Below are positions 55,928 through 64,000 of a DNA stretch of 64,000 nucleotides, one piece after another; position 1 is the stretch's first letter, and each line of letters starts with the position of its first letter. Source of the stretch: Escherichia phage HY03; the sequence record NC_031047.1. One strand, given 5' to 3'. The notes below the pieces were generated by a model. The model was not told the origin of the DNA. It saw nothing but the letters and a program-made list of their open reading frames with translations, and did no database searches. Both the position numbers and the translations under genes were made by a program.

Positions 55928-56163
55928 TGAAATTTCGTTTGGTACAGCTCACAGCAATTAGTTCTTATTCTAACGAGAACATTTCATTTGCTGTAGAGTA
56001 TAAGAAATATTTTTTCTCTAAATGGAAACAGTATTATAAAACTGATTGGACTAGTATTGATAGGCCGTATAGTTGGAAATCTGATTTAGAAAAATGCCAA
56101 AAATTGCTTTCCACTCTTAAAGAACGTGGAACAACTCATATTAAAACTGTAATAGGTAAATAA
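55927..56163 (+). CDS. hypothetical small protein
   Basis: 78-aa ORF. Confidence 0.45.
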   Translation: MKFRLVQLTAISSYSNENISFAVEYKKYFFSKWKQYYKTDWTSIDRPYSWKSDLEKCQKLLSTLKERGTTHIKTVIGK

Positions 56164-56472
56164 ATGAAACTGACGACTGAACAAAAAGTAGCAATTCGTG
56201 AAATTTTGAAAACTAAATTGTCCATGGGGGTTTCAAACGTAGTTTTTGAAAAGTCTGATGGTACTATTCGTACTATGAAAGGCACTCGTGATGCGGACTT
56301 TATGCCAACCATGCAAACTGGTAAATTGACTGAATCTGCTCGGAAAGAATCTACTGATATGATTCCAGTATTTGATGTTGAGCTTGGCGTGTGGCGAGGT
56401 TTTTCTATTGACAAATTGATTTCCGTTAATGGTATGAAAGCTGAGCATTTGCTTCAATTTATTGGTAAATAA
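56164..56472 (+). CDS. hypothetical small protein
   Basis: 102-aa ORF. Confidence 0.45.
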   Translation: MKLTTEQKVAIREILKTKLSMGVSNVVFEKSDGTIRTMKGTRDADFMPTMQTGKLTESARKESTDMIPVFDVELGVWRGFSIDKLISVNGMKAEHLLQFIGK

Positions 56473-56528
56473 ATGCTTTAAGAATTATTTGTTACTATTA
56501 ATTCATCTGTTAACAAAAAGGAAAAACG

Positions 56529-56864
56529 ATGTCTGAAGTACAACAGCTACCAATTCGTGCTGTCGGTGAATATGTTATTTTAGTTTCTGAACCTGCACAA
56601 GCCGGTGATGAAGAAGTTACAGAATCAGGACTTATTATCGGTAAACGTGTTCAAGGTGAAGTTCCTGAACTGTGTGTAATTCACTCTGTTGGTCCTGATG
56701 TTCCTGAAGGTTTCTGCGAAGTTGGTGATTTGACTTCTCTGCCAGTTGGTCAAATTCGAAACGTTCCGCATCCTTTTGTAGCTCTGGGTCTTAAGCAGCC
56801 AAAAGAAATTAAACAAAAATTCGTCACTTGTCACTATAAAGCTATTCCGTGTCTTTATAAGTGA
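56529..56864 (+). CDS. 31: gp31 co-chaperonin (GroES analogue)
   Basis: 111 aa; matches recalled T4 gp31. Confidence 0.93.
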   Translation: MSEVQQLPIRAVGEYVILVSEPAQAGDEEVTESGLIIGKRVQGEVPELCVIHSVGPDVPEGFCEVGDLTSLPVGQIRNVPHPFVALGLKQPKEIKQKFVTCHYKAIPCLYK

Positions 56865-56872
56865 TATAAATA
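56865..56872 (+). promoter_or_regulatory. late promoter TATAAATA upstream of rIII
   Basis: Exact TATAAATA immediately after the gene 31 stop. Confidence 0.55.
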
Positions 56873-57011
56873 ATAATATGAATTGGGTGTCGGAATAATA
56901 AGTTAACCGAACAATTCTACGTGGTAGTCTACAACTGAGAGATCTGTCGAAAGAAGATGAAATTCAGAAGAACGTGACTACCGAGTTTTAATCTCTAACG
57001 AGAATTTTTAA

Positions 57012-57260
57012 ATGATTAAACAACTACAACACGCTCTTGAACTGCAACGAAACGCATGGAATAATGGTCACGAAAACTATGGCGCATCTATTGATGTTGA
57101 AGCCGAAGCTCTTGAAATCCTGCGTTATTTCAAACATCTGAATCCTGCTCAAACTGCATTAGCTGCTGAGCTTCAGGAAAAAGATGAACTTAAATATGCT
57201 AAGCCTCTGGCTTCTGCTGCACGAAAAGCAGTTCGCCACTTTGTGGTAACACTGAAGTAA
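57012..57260 (+). CDS. rIII: rIII lysis inhibition accessory protein
   Basis: 82 aa; matches recalled T4 RIII. Confidence 0.9.
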   Translation: MIKQLQHALELQRNAWNNGHENYGASIDVEAEALEILRYFKHLNPAQTALAAELQEKDELKYAKPLASAARKAVRHFVVTLK

Positions 57261-57505
57261 TTCATTGGAGATTCACTGCCTTAGTGTGAGCTAAAATCGA
57301 GGAGCCGTCGAACTGTCTGATTAATGATTTGCGAATCATTATAGTTTTAAGACCCCGGCAGTTTTACGGTGTACCTCTTGAATGTGAATGATGACGGGTT
57401 TATGGTTATCCTGGTCGTTAAATATCCAAAAACCTATGTTCCCCTTGAGGGCTTGCGCAGGCAATGCCAATAAGTCCTGCATTTTCATTTAAAAGAGAAT
57501 TTATA

Positions 57506-57682
57506 ATGGCAAAACAAGCTAAAGCAAAGAAAGCAGTTGAAAAGAAAGTTGGTGATTCTAAACGCGCTGGTTACAAGCGTGGGTCGAACTCTCGTATCAA
57601 TCAAACTGTTGAGAAGATCATGCGCCGAGCACGTGCGGTTCTTCGAGATGATGCTTCTCGTTTTGGTAAGCAGAAAGCATAA
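57506..57682 (+). CDS. small basic protein (30.9 position)
   Basis: 58 aa from ATG 57506; the ORF-track frame allows an earlier ATG at 57464. Confidence 0.5.
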   Translation: MAKQAKAKKAVEKKVGDSKRAGYKRGSNSRINQTVEKIMRRARAVLRDDASRFGKQKA

Positions 57683-57686
57683 GTTG

Positions 57687-57714
57687 AGGACTCCTTCGGG
57701 AGTCCTTTTTTATT
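57687..57714 (+). terminator. Rho-independent terminator, same hairpin sequence as the soc terminator
   Basis: AGGACTCC-TTCG-GGAGTCCT plus TTTTTT; same 20-nt stem-loop as 2303..2322. Confidence 0.8.
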
Positions 57715-57735
57715 TTCCAAAGATTGCACAAAGTT

Positions 57736-57768
57736 GTTTACAGTACGGTTCCTTTGTGATAGTATTAT
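57736..57768 (+). promoter_or_regulatory. T4-type early promoter
   Basis: GTTTAC 57736..57741; -10 TAGTAT/TATTAT region 57760..57768. Confidence 0.6.
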
Positions 57769-57792
57769 CTTACACAAACAAAGGAGAATAAA

Positions 57793-58125
57793 ATGAAAAC
57801 GATTAATTTGAACGCTACAGTTAAAACTAAATGCTTCAATGGTAAATATGATGAAACTATGTGGTTCTTAATGGCAGTTGAAGGTGATATTATTGAAGTA
57901 GAAACAACAGAAGGTATGGGAACAGATTTCACCTTTACAATTCAAGTTCATAATTTCTTTACTGGTTGGATTTATGAATTGAATACAGTAATTGTTGGAA
58001 AAATTGAACAAAATGAATTAGGTGAATGGTATTATGTTACAGCGCGCCAACGCGCCGAACGCTTAATTGAGAAGATGAAAAAAGTTGGTAAACTTGACAT
58101 GCAGCACTGGAAAGTAGTAAAATAA
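57793..58125 (+). CDS. hypothetical protein (30.8 position)
   Basis: 110-aa ORF, SD AAGGAGAA. Confidence 0.5.
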   Translation: MKTINLNATVKTKCFNGKYDETMWFLMAVEGDIIEVETTEGMGTDFTFTIQVHNFFTGWIYELNTVIVGKIEQNELGEWYYVTARQRAERLIEKMKKVGKLDMQHWKVVK

Positions 58126-58127
58126 TT

Positions 58128-58157
58128 GTTTACTTTGGTACAGGATATGATATTATA
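58128..58157 (+). promoter_or_regulatory. T4-type early promoter
   Basis: GTTTAC 58128..58133, TATTAT 58151..58156. Confidence 0.6.
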
Positions 58158-58193
58158 TACCTGTACCGCAATTAAACATCTCGGAGAATAAAA

Positions 58194-58559
58194 ATGAACT
58201 ACATCAACTTTGAACGTAAATATGTTTCTAATGGTATTGCAGGTTCTATTGATACTATTTGCCTTTGGAAACATAAAAATGGATCAGTATGCGAAATTGA
58301 ACAGTATATGACTCCTAATTACGTTTATATGCGATTTGAAAATGGCATCACGGTTTCAATCACAATGGAAGGTTCCAACTTCAAAATCGCTTTGGATGAT
58401 GATTTTCGTCAACGCGATTTAGGGACTCATCCTTGCTGGAATGGTGTTAATCGCAAGCTTCTGGTTAAAACTTGGATTCGTCATATTCTGAGTAACAGAG
58501 CTAAACCTGAGCATCTTGAAGCGATCTTTGATGTAGTTCTTAACGAATTTGATATTTAA
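58194..58559 (+). CDS. hypothetical protein (30.7 position)
   Basis: 121-aa ORF, SD GGAGAA. Confidence 0.5.
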   Translation: MNYINFERKYVSNGIAGSIDTICLWKHKNGSVCEIEQYMTPNYVYMRFENGITVSITMEGSNFKIALDDDFRQRDLGTHPCWNGVNRKLLVKTWIRHILSNRAKPEHLEAIFDVVLNEFDI

Positions 58560-58600
58560 AATAAAATGAGGGGCTTCGGCCCCCTATTGAGGAAAATATT

Positions 58601-58888
58601 ATGTTTATGACTACTTATTTTGATACCCGCAAAAATTTCTGTGAAGTTATTTTCTCAAAGGCACCTAAAGACCTTCCTGCACATTTGCAACCTACTAGCG
58701 AATCGATTAAAAACTACGTTGATGTGGTTTGTCCTTTAGAGTTTCGTACTGTAAATGGGCGCGATACTTTAGCTATCACTAAACTCAATCGTGAAATTGA
58801 CATTGACCCTTCAATTGCGCGTGAAATTAACATTTCTGATATTGGCGGCGGTAATGTTAAATCGCACGGTTTTCAGATGAGGTTCTAA
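58601..58888 (+). CDS. hypothetical protein (30.6 position)
   Basis: 95-aa ORF preceded by a GGGGC-UUCG-GCCCC hairpin at 58569..58585. Confidence 0.5.
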   Translation: MFMTTYFDTRKNFCEVIFSKAPKDLPAHLQPTSESIKNYVDVVCPLEFRTVNGRDTLAITKLNREIDIDPSIAREINISDIGGGNVKSHGFQMRF

Positions 58889-59085
58889 TGAAATTCTTTT
58901 TAGGTCAAACTGTTGAATTAAAGGGAGTTGGTATACCTGGATTAATTTCTAAGGTTCTACCTCCATTTAAATGGAGTGGTATTCAAATAAAAGAGGCTTA
59001 TATTGTTTCCTGGGTAGATGGAAATGAAGACCTTCGTATGGGTGATGAATTATCTCCTATCTACGGATTAAAGGAATTAGTATGA
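58888..59085 (+). CDS. hypothetical small protein (30.5 position)
   Basis: 65-aa ORF. Confidence 0.45.
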   Translation: MKFFLGQTVELKGVGIPGLISKVLPPFKWSGIQIKEAYIVSWVDGNEDLRMGDELSPIYGLKELV

Positions 59086-59288
59086 ATATAATTAATAAGA
59101 TTTTTGGAATTCAGTACATTAAGGTCACATATAAAGTAACAGATAAAAATCCGTATACTGATGAACACGAAGAACCGCAAGTTAAGTCTATTATATTAGA
59201 AAAGGACCCTAACTGGCCAGTTGAATTTCGTCTTCCTTGCTATGGTCATTGGGCTGATGTTGAAATTATAAGCATTGAAAATGTCTGA
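59082..59288 (+). CDS. hypothetical small protein (30.4 position)
   Basis: 68-aa ORF. Confidence 0.45.
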   Translation: MNIINKIFGIQYIKVTYKVTDKNPYTDEHEEPQVKSIILEKDPNWPVEFRLPCYGHWADVEIISIENV

Positions 59289-59739
59289 GTTAGAGATTAG
59301 AAGCAATTTTAGGTGGCCATCATGTGCATTAAGTAATTTCGCCCAATGGCCTTTCGTTATGGATGGTATTCAATTTGGAGGTCTCGAAGGATTCCTCCAA
59401 GGGTGTAAGGTGAAAAATGTTGAACAGCAACGTCGTATATTTGGGTTATCCGGGCTTGCCGCTCAACAAGCTGGAAGGTCTTATGCTAGAGCTCAGGACC
59501 GTGGGACCCTCTTCTGGCTTGGAGTTCCATTTTCAAGATACTCCCCGGCGTGGAAAGAATTATACACAAATGCATATTTTGAAGCAGCGATCCAAAACAA
59601 GGGCTTTCGTGATGCATTACAAGCCTCGAAAGGAAAAGTTTTGAAGCACAGCATGGCTAGTGGTCTAACAAAAGATGATACAATACTAACCGAAGCTGAA
59701 TTTATTGATGTGTTAAACCTATTAAGAGACTCTCTATGA
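59275..59739 (+). CDS. hypothetical protein (30.3 position)
   Basis: 154-aa ORF. Confidence 0.5.
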   Translation: MKMSELEIRSNFRWPSCALSNFAQWPFVMDGIQFGGLEGFLQGCKVKNVEQQRRIFGLSGLAAQQAGRSYARAQDRGTLFWLGVPFSRYSPAWKELYTNAYFEAAIQNKGFRDALQASKGKVLKHSMASGLTKDDTILTEAEFIDVLNLLRDSL

Positions 59740-60575
59740 AGCCTACTATTTTAACTGATATTGATGGAGTATGTTTAAGCTGGCAATCAGGCCTTCCTTA
59801 TTTTGCTCAGAAATATAATCTTCCATTAGAACATATTTTAAAAATGATCCAAGATGAGAAATTTATTTCTCCAGGTAAACTCTTTAATTGTGACGAAGAA
59901 CTTGGCGTCAAGTTAATTGAAAAATACAATCGTTCAGATTTTATTCGTTACTTGTCTCCATATAAAGATGCTCTGTGTGTAATTAACAAATTAAAAGAAG
60001 ATTATAATTTTGTAGCTGTTACAGCGCTGGGTGATTCTATTGACGCTCTGTTGAATCGTCAATTTAATTTGAATGCTCTTTTTCCTGGTGCCTTCTCAGA
60101 AGTAATGATGTGTGGTCATGATTCTTCAAAAGAAGAGCTGTTCAAAAAGGCAAAAGAGAAATATAACGTAATTTGTTATATTGACGATCTCGCTCATCAC
60201 TGCGATCATGCGAGTGAAATATTAAGTGTTCCTGTTTATTGGATGGCTCGAGGGGAGCGTGACAATATTCCAAAAACTGCTCAGCGAGTTTATACATGGA
60301 ATGATGTAGAGAATAAGCTTTTTTCGCCGAAGGAAAATAAAGAAAGTTTTGATCGTGAAAAAGCTATAAAAGATGCAATCGAGAAGATGATTAAAAACGA
60401 TTCTTTTCCTTGGAACACTACCTGGAGAACTCCTGGATTAAATCCTTATAATCATCTATATCATCCATATCAGACACATCCGTTTCAGACATGGAACTAT
60501 ATTAAACCTGGTGGCATAGAGTATTTGTATAATAGACCTACTAGTGGTGATAATATTTTTCAAGGAGCATTCTAA
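59736..60575 (+). CDS. hypothetical protein (30.2 position)
   Basis: 279-aa ORF. Confidence 0.5.
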   Translation: MKPTILTDIDGVCLSWQSGLPYFAQKYNLPLEHILKMIQDEKFISPGKLFNCDEELGVKLIEKYNRSDFIRYLSPYKDALCVINKLKEDYNFVAVTALGDSIDALLNRQFNLNALFPGAFSEVMMCGHDSSKEELFKKAKEKYNVICYIDDLAHHCDHASEILSVPVYWMARGERDNIPKTAQRVYTWNDVENKLFSPKENKESFDREKAIKDAIEKMIKNDSFPWNTTWRTPGLNPYNHLYHPYQTHPFQTWNYIKPGGIEYLYNRPTSGDNIFQGAF

Positions 60576-60841
60576 TGTTTGTTGTTCATACTATTTATGA
60601 AAATGAAGGTAATACTACACGTGATTACGGTCACGTAAATCAATTTTTTAGATGCAATCCAGAATTCCGAGCTCAAAAAGACGAACGAATTTTTAAAAAA
60701 TGTGTAGAGCAAGGTTTCATTTACGTCAAGCACTGGATGCAAGGAAATAAAGTTAGAACCACGTACCACAGGTCTTTGACTGAGCTTAATGATGAATTGA
60801 TTTATAATAGAGCTGTAAACCAAACTCTGAAGGATGAATAA
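60575..60841 (+). CDS. hypothetical protein (30.1 position)
   Basis: 88-aa ORF, TAATG overlap. Confidence 0.5.
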   Translation: MFVVHTIYENEGNTTRDYGHVNQFFRCNPEFRAQKDERIFKKCVEQGFIYVKHWMQGNKVRTTYHRSLTELNDELIYNRAVNQTLKDE

Positions 60842-62304
60842 TGATTCTTAAAATTCTGAACGAAATAGCATCTATTGGTTCAACTAAGCAGAAGCAAGCA
60901 ATTCTTGAAAAGAATAAAGATAATGAATTGCTTAAACGAGTATATCGTCTGACTTATTCTCGTGGGCTGCAGTATTATATCAAGAAATGGCCTAAACCTG
61001 GTATTGCTACCCAGAGTTTTGGAATGTTGACTCTTACCGATATGCTTGACTTCATTGAATTCACATTAGCTACTCGGAAATTGACTGGAAATGCAGCAAT
61101 TGAGGAATTAACTGGATATATCACCGATGGTAAAAAAGATGATGTTGAAGTTTTGCGTCGAGTGATGATGCGAGACCTTGAATGTGGTGCTTCAGTATCT
61201 ATTGCAAACAAAGTTTGGCCAGGTTTAATTCCTGAACAACCTCAAATGCTTGCAAGTTCTTATGATGAAAAAGGCATTAATAAGAATATCAAATTTCCAG
61301 CCTTTGCCCAGTTAAAAGCTGATGGGGCTCGGTGCTTTGCCGAAGTCAGAGGTGATGAATTAGATGATGTTCGTCTTTTATCACGAGCCGGTAATGAATA
61401 TCTAGGATTAGATCTTCTTAAGGAAGAATTAATCAAAATGACCGCTGAAGCCCGCCAGATTCATCCAGAAGGCGTGTTAATTGATGGCGAATTGGTATAC
61501 CATGAGCAAGTTAAAAAGGAGCCAGAAGGCCTAGATTTTCTTTTTGATGCTTATCCTGAAATTAGTAAAGCCAAAGAATTCGCCGAAGTAGCTGAATCAC
61601 GTACTACTTCTAATGGAATCGCTAATAAATCTTTAAAGGGAACCATTTCTGAAAAAGAAGCTCAATGCATGAAGTTTCAGGTCTGGGATTATGTTCCGTT
61701 GGTAGAAATATACGGTCTTCCGGCGTTTCGTTTAAAATATGATGTACGTTTTTCTAAACTAGAACAAATGACATCAGGATATGATAAAGTAATTTTAATT
61801 GAAAACCAGGTAGTAAATAACCTAGACGAAGCCAAGGTAATTTATAAAAAGTATATTGACCAAGGTCTTGAAGGTATTATTCTCAAAAATACCGATGGAT
61901 TGTGGGAAAATGCTCGTTCAAAAAATCTCTATAAATTTAAAGAAGTAATTGATGTTGATTTAAAAATTGTAGGAATTTATCCTCACCGTAAAGACCCTAC
62001 TAAAGCGGGTGGATTTATTCTTGAATCAGAGTGTGGAAAAATTAAAGTCAATGCTGGTTCAGGTTTAAAAGATAAAGCTGGTGTAAAATCGCATGAACTT
62101 GACCGTACTCGCATTATGGAAAACCAAAATTATTATATTGGAAAAATTCTAGAGTGCGAATGCAACGGTTGGTTAAAATCTGATGGCCGCACTGATTACG
62201 TTAAATTATTTCTTCCGATTGCGATTCGTTTACGTGAAGATAAAACTAAAGCTAATACATTTGAGGATGTATTTGGTGATTTTCATGAGGTAACTGGTCT
62301 ATGA
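60841..62304 (+). CDS. 30: ATP-dependent DNA ligase
   Basis: 487 aa; adenylation motif KADGAR; matches recalled T4 DNA ligase. Confidence 0.95.
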   Translation: MILKILNEIASIGSTKQKQAILEKNKDNELLKRVYRLTYSRGLQYYIKKWPKPGIATQSFGMLTLTDMLDFIEFTLATRKLTGNAAIEELTGYITDGKKDDVEVLRRVMMRDLECGASVSIANKVWPGLIPEQPQMLASSYDEKGINKNIKFPAFAQLKADGARCFAEVRGDELDDVRLLSRAGNEYLGLDLLKEELIKMTAEARQIHPEGVLIDGELVYHEQVKKEPEGLDFLFDAYPEISKAKEFAEVAESRTTSNGIANKSLKGTISEKEAQCMKFQVWDYVPLVEIYGLPAFRLKYDVRFSKLEQMTSGYDKVILIENQVVNNLDEAKVIYKKYIDQGLEGIILKNTDGLWENARSKNLYKFKEVIDVDLKIVGIYPHRKDPTKAGGFILESECGKIKVNAGSGLKDKAGVKSHELDRTRIMENQNYYIGKILECECNGWLKSDGRTDYVKLFLPIAIRLREDKTKANTFEDVFGDFHEVTGL

Positions 62305-62489
62305 AAGCTTACTTAGAAACAATTGTTGTAGCTCAAAAAGAAGGTGGAGATGTTTCTACTTCTGTATCACAAGTCATTCTCGAATTTGTAGATGCATACG
62401 CTTATAATAAATTTACAGAAACATTTGATGCCTATGAAAAAGGGCCAAAGTTTGAAATATATCGTACTCTCTTACCATTAGATTATTAA
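62301..62489 (+). CDS. hypothetical small protein
   Basis: 62-aa ORF. Confidence 0.45.
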   Translation: MKAYLETIVVAQKEGGDVSTSVSQVILEFVDAYAYNKFTETFDAYEKGPKFEIYRTLLPLDY

Positions 62490-62505
62490 AGGCCTTCGGG
62501 CCTTT
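62488..62505 (+). other. C(UUCG)G stable RNA hairpin, same sequence as 12318..12335
   Basis: AAAGGCC-TTCG-GGCCTTT. Confidence 0.6.
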
Positions 62506-62509
62506 AATT

Positions 62510-62517
62510 TATAAATA
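62510..62517 (+). promoter_or_regulatory. late promoter TATAAATA upstream of alt
   Basis: Exact TATAAATA about 20 nt upstream of the alt ATG. Confidence 0.6.
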
Positions 62518-62537
62518 GAATAAACACTAGAGAGGAT

Positions 62538-63995
62538 ATGATGGAACTAATTACAGAATTATTTGACGAAGATACTACTCTTCCAATTACAAACTTAAAT
62601 CCAAAGAAGAAAATACCGCAAATTTTTTCAGTTCATGTTGATGATGCAATTGAACAACCAGGCTTTCGTTTATGTACCTATACATCTGGAGGTGATACTA
62701 ATCGTGATTTAAAGATGGGCGATAAAATGATGCATATTGTTCCTTTTACATTAACCGCTAAAGGTTCAATTGCTAAATTGAAAGGTCTTGGTCCAAGCCC
62801 AATTAATTATATCAATTCGGTTTTTACTGTTGCAATGCAAACGATGCGTCAGTATAAAATTGATGCTTGTATGCTTCGTATTCTTAAGTCTAAAACCGCT
62901 GGTCAAGCTCGACAAATTCAAGTTATTGCTGATAGACTTATCCGTAGTCGTTCAGGTGGCAGATACGTCCTTCTTAAGGAACTCTGGGATTATGATAAAA
63001 AGTATGCATATATTCTTATACATCGCAAAAATGTATCACTAGAAGACATTCCAGGAGTTCCGGAAATTAGTACCGAGCTCTTTACTAAGGTTGAATCGAA
63101 GGTCGGTGATGTTTATATCAATAAAGATACTGGAGCTCAAGTAACTAAAAACGAGGCAATTGCAGCATCTATTGCGCAAGAAAACGATAAACGTTCTGAC
63201 CAAGCTGTAATCGTTAAAGTTAAAATTTCCCGTAGAGCAATTGCACAAAGTCAGTCATTGGAATCTTCTAGATTTGAAAGTGAATTATTCCAAAAGTATG
63301 AATCTACTGCAGCTAATTTCAATAAACCTGCTACCGCTCCTTTAATTCCCGAAGCGGAAGAAATGAAACTTGGAATTAATTCAATAGCTTCTAAAACTAA
63401 GGCAGCAAAAATTATTGCTGAAGGAACTGCAGATGAACTTCATTATGACTATAAATTCTTTCCAATGAGTGAGGTTGGTGAAGTTTCTGAAAAAATTAAA
63501 GATGTAATTCTTAATGCGATTAAAAATGAACCAACTACTTCAATAAAATGTTTAGAGAAATACGCAGCAGCTGTTAATCAATTCTTTGAAGAATATAAAG
63601 ATAATTGGCTTGATAAACATAATAAAACCCGTAAAGGACAGCCAGATGATGTCTGGGAAGAAATAACTAAAAATTCTTGGAACGCAGCAAAAACTAAATT
63701 CCTCAAAAGAATGATTTATAGTTTTTCTGGAATTGGTGCAGGTCCAATGATTGATATTACTATTGCCCGTGATGGTTCTAAATATACTCCATCGCAAAAG
63801 CGCGGCATTAGAGAGTATTGTGGATCAGGATATACTGACATCAATAATCTTCTTTTAGGCCGCTACAATCCAGAACGATATGATGTAATGAGTGAAAAAG
63901 AAATTGAATCTGCGATAAATAATTTAGATTCAGCTTTTGAAAATGGTGACCGTATACCAGAAGGCATTACAGTTTATCGTGCTCAAAGTAAGTGA
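62538..63995 (+). CDS. alt: Alt ADP-ribosyltransferase, N-terminal 485 codons; ORF closes at TGA 63993..63995
   Basis: MMELITELFDEDTTLPITNLNPKK...; reading frame ends ...PEGITVYRAQSK-TGA; T4 Alt is recalled as about 680 aa. Confidence 0.75.
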   Translation: MMELITELFDEDTTLPITNLNPKKKIPQIFSVHVDDAIEQPGFRLCTYTSGGDTNRDLKMGDKMMHIVPFTLTAKGSIAKLKGLGPSPINYINSVFTVAMQTMRQYKIDACMLRILKSKTAGQARQIQVIADRLIRSRSGGRYVLLKELWDYDKKYAYILIHRKNVSLEDIPGVPEISTELFTKVESKVGDVYINKDTGAQVTKNEAIAASIAQENDKRSDQAVIVKVKISRRAIAQSQSLESSRFESELFQKYESTAANFNKPATAPLIPEAEEMKLGINSIASKTKAAKIIAEGTADELHYDYKFFPMSEVGEVSEKIKDVILNAIKNEPTTSIKCLEKYAAAVNQFFEEYKDNWLDKHNKTRKGQPDDVWEEITKNSWNAAKTKFLKRMIYSFSGIGAGPMIDITIARDGSKYTPSQKRGIREYCGSGYTDINNLLLGRYNPERYDVMSEKEIESAINNLDSAFENGDRIPEGITVYRAQSK

Positions 63996-64000
63996 GGAAA

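Overview
The window is a contiguous 64 kb segment of a T4-like (T-even, Tevenvirinae) coliphage genome, written as the reverse complement of the usual T4 map orientation. All calls rest on reading the supplied ORF translations and sequence against recalled T4 biology; no database search was run. Early and middle genes lie on the + strand: 3' end of an upstream gene, dam, 56, soc, a block of small ORFs, modB, modA, srd, dda, dexA, the split topoisomerase gene 39 - mobA - 60 with the 50-nt translational bypass, rIIA, rIIB, denB, ndd, stp, ac, 52, motA, arn and asiA. The late lysis and long-tail-fibre block is on the - strand (t, 38, 37, 36, 35, 34). Early genes then resume on + (rnh, dsbA, 33, 59, 32, frd, td with group I intron and I-TevI, nrdA, mobE, nrdB with group I intron and I-TevIII, denA, rnlA, alc, spanins, pseT, cd, 31, rIII, 30.9 to 30.1, DNA ligase 30, alt). 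No rRNA, tRNA or CRISPR was found. The phage is not the T4 reference itself: the I-TevIII ORF is full length, the 37/38 receptor module is T2-type, and no GIY-YIG seg-type ORF flanks gene 56 or gene 32. I did not find a clearly novel multi-gene system. The most unusual observations are a frame-split small Cys-rich ORF between td and nrdA bounded by a perfect 19-nt direct repeat, two further candidate single-base frameshifts, an alt ORF closed by TGA five bases before the window end, and a 245-bp GC-richer non-coding stretch between rIII and 30.9.
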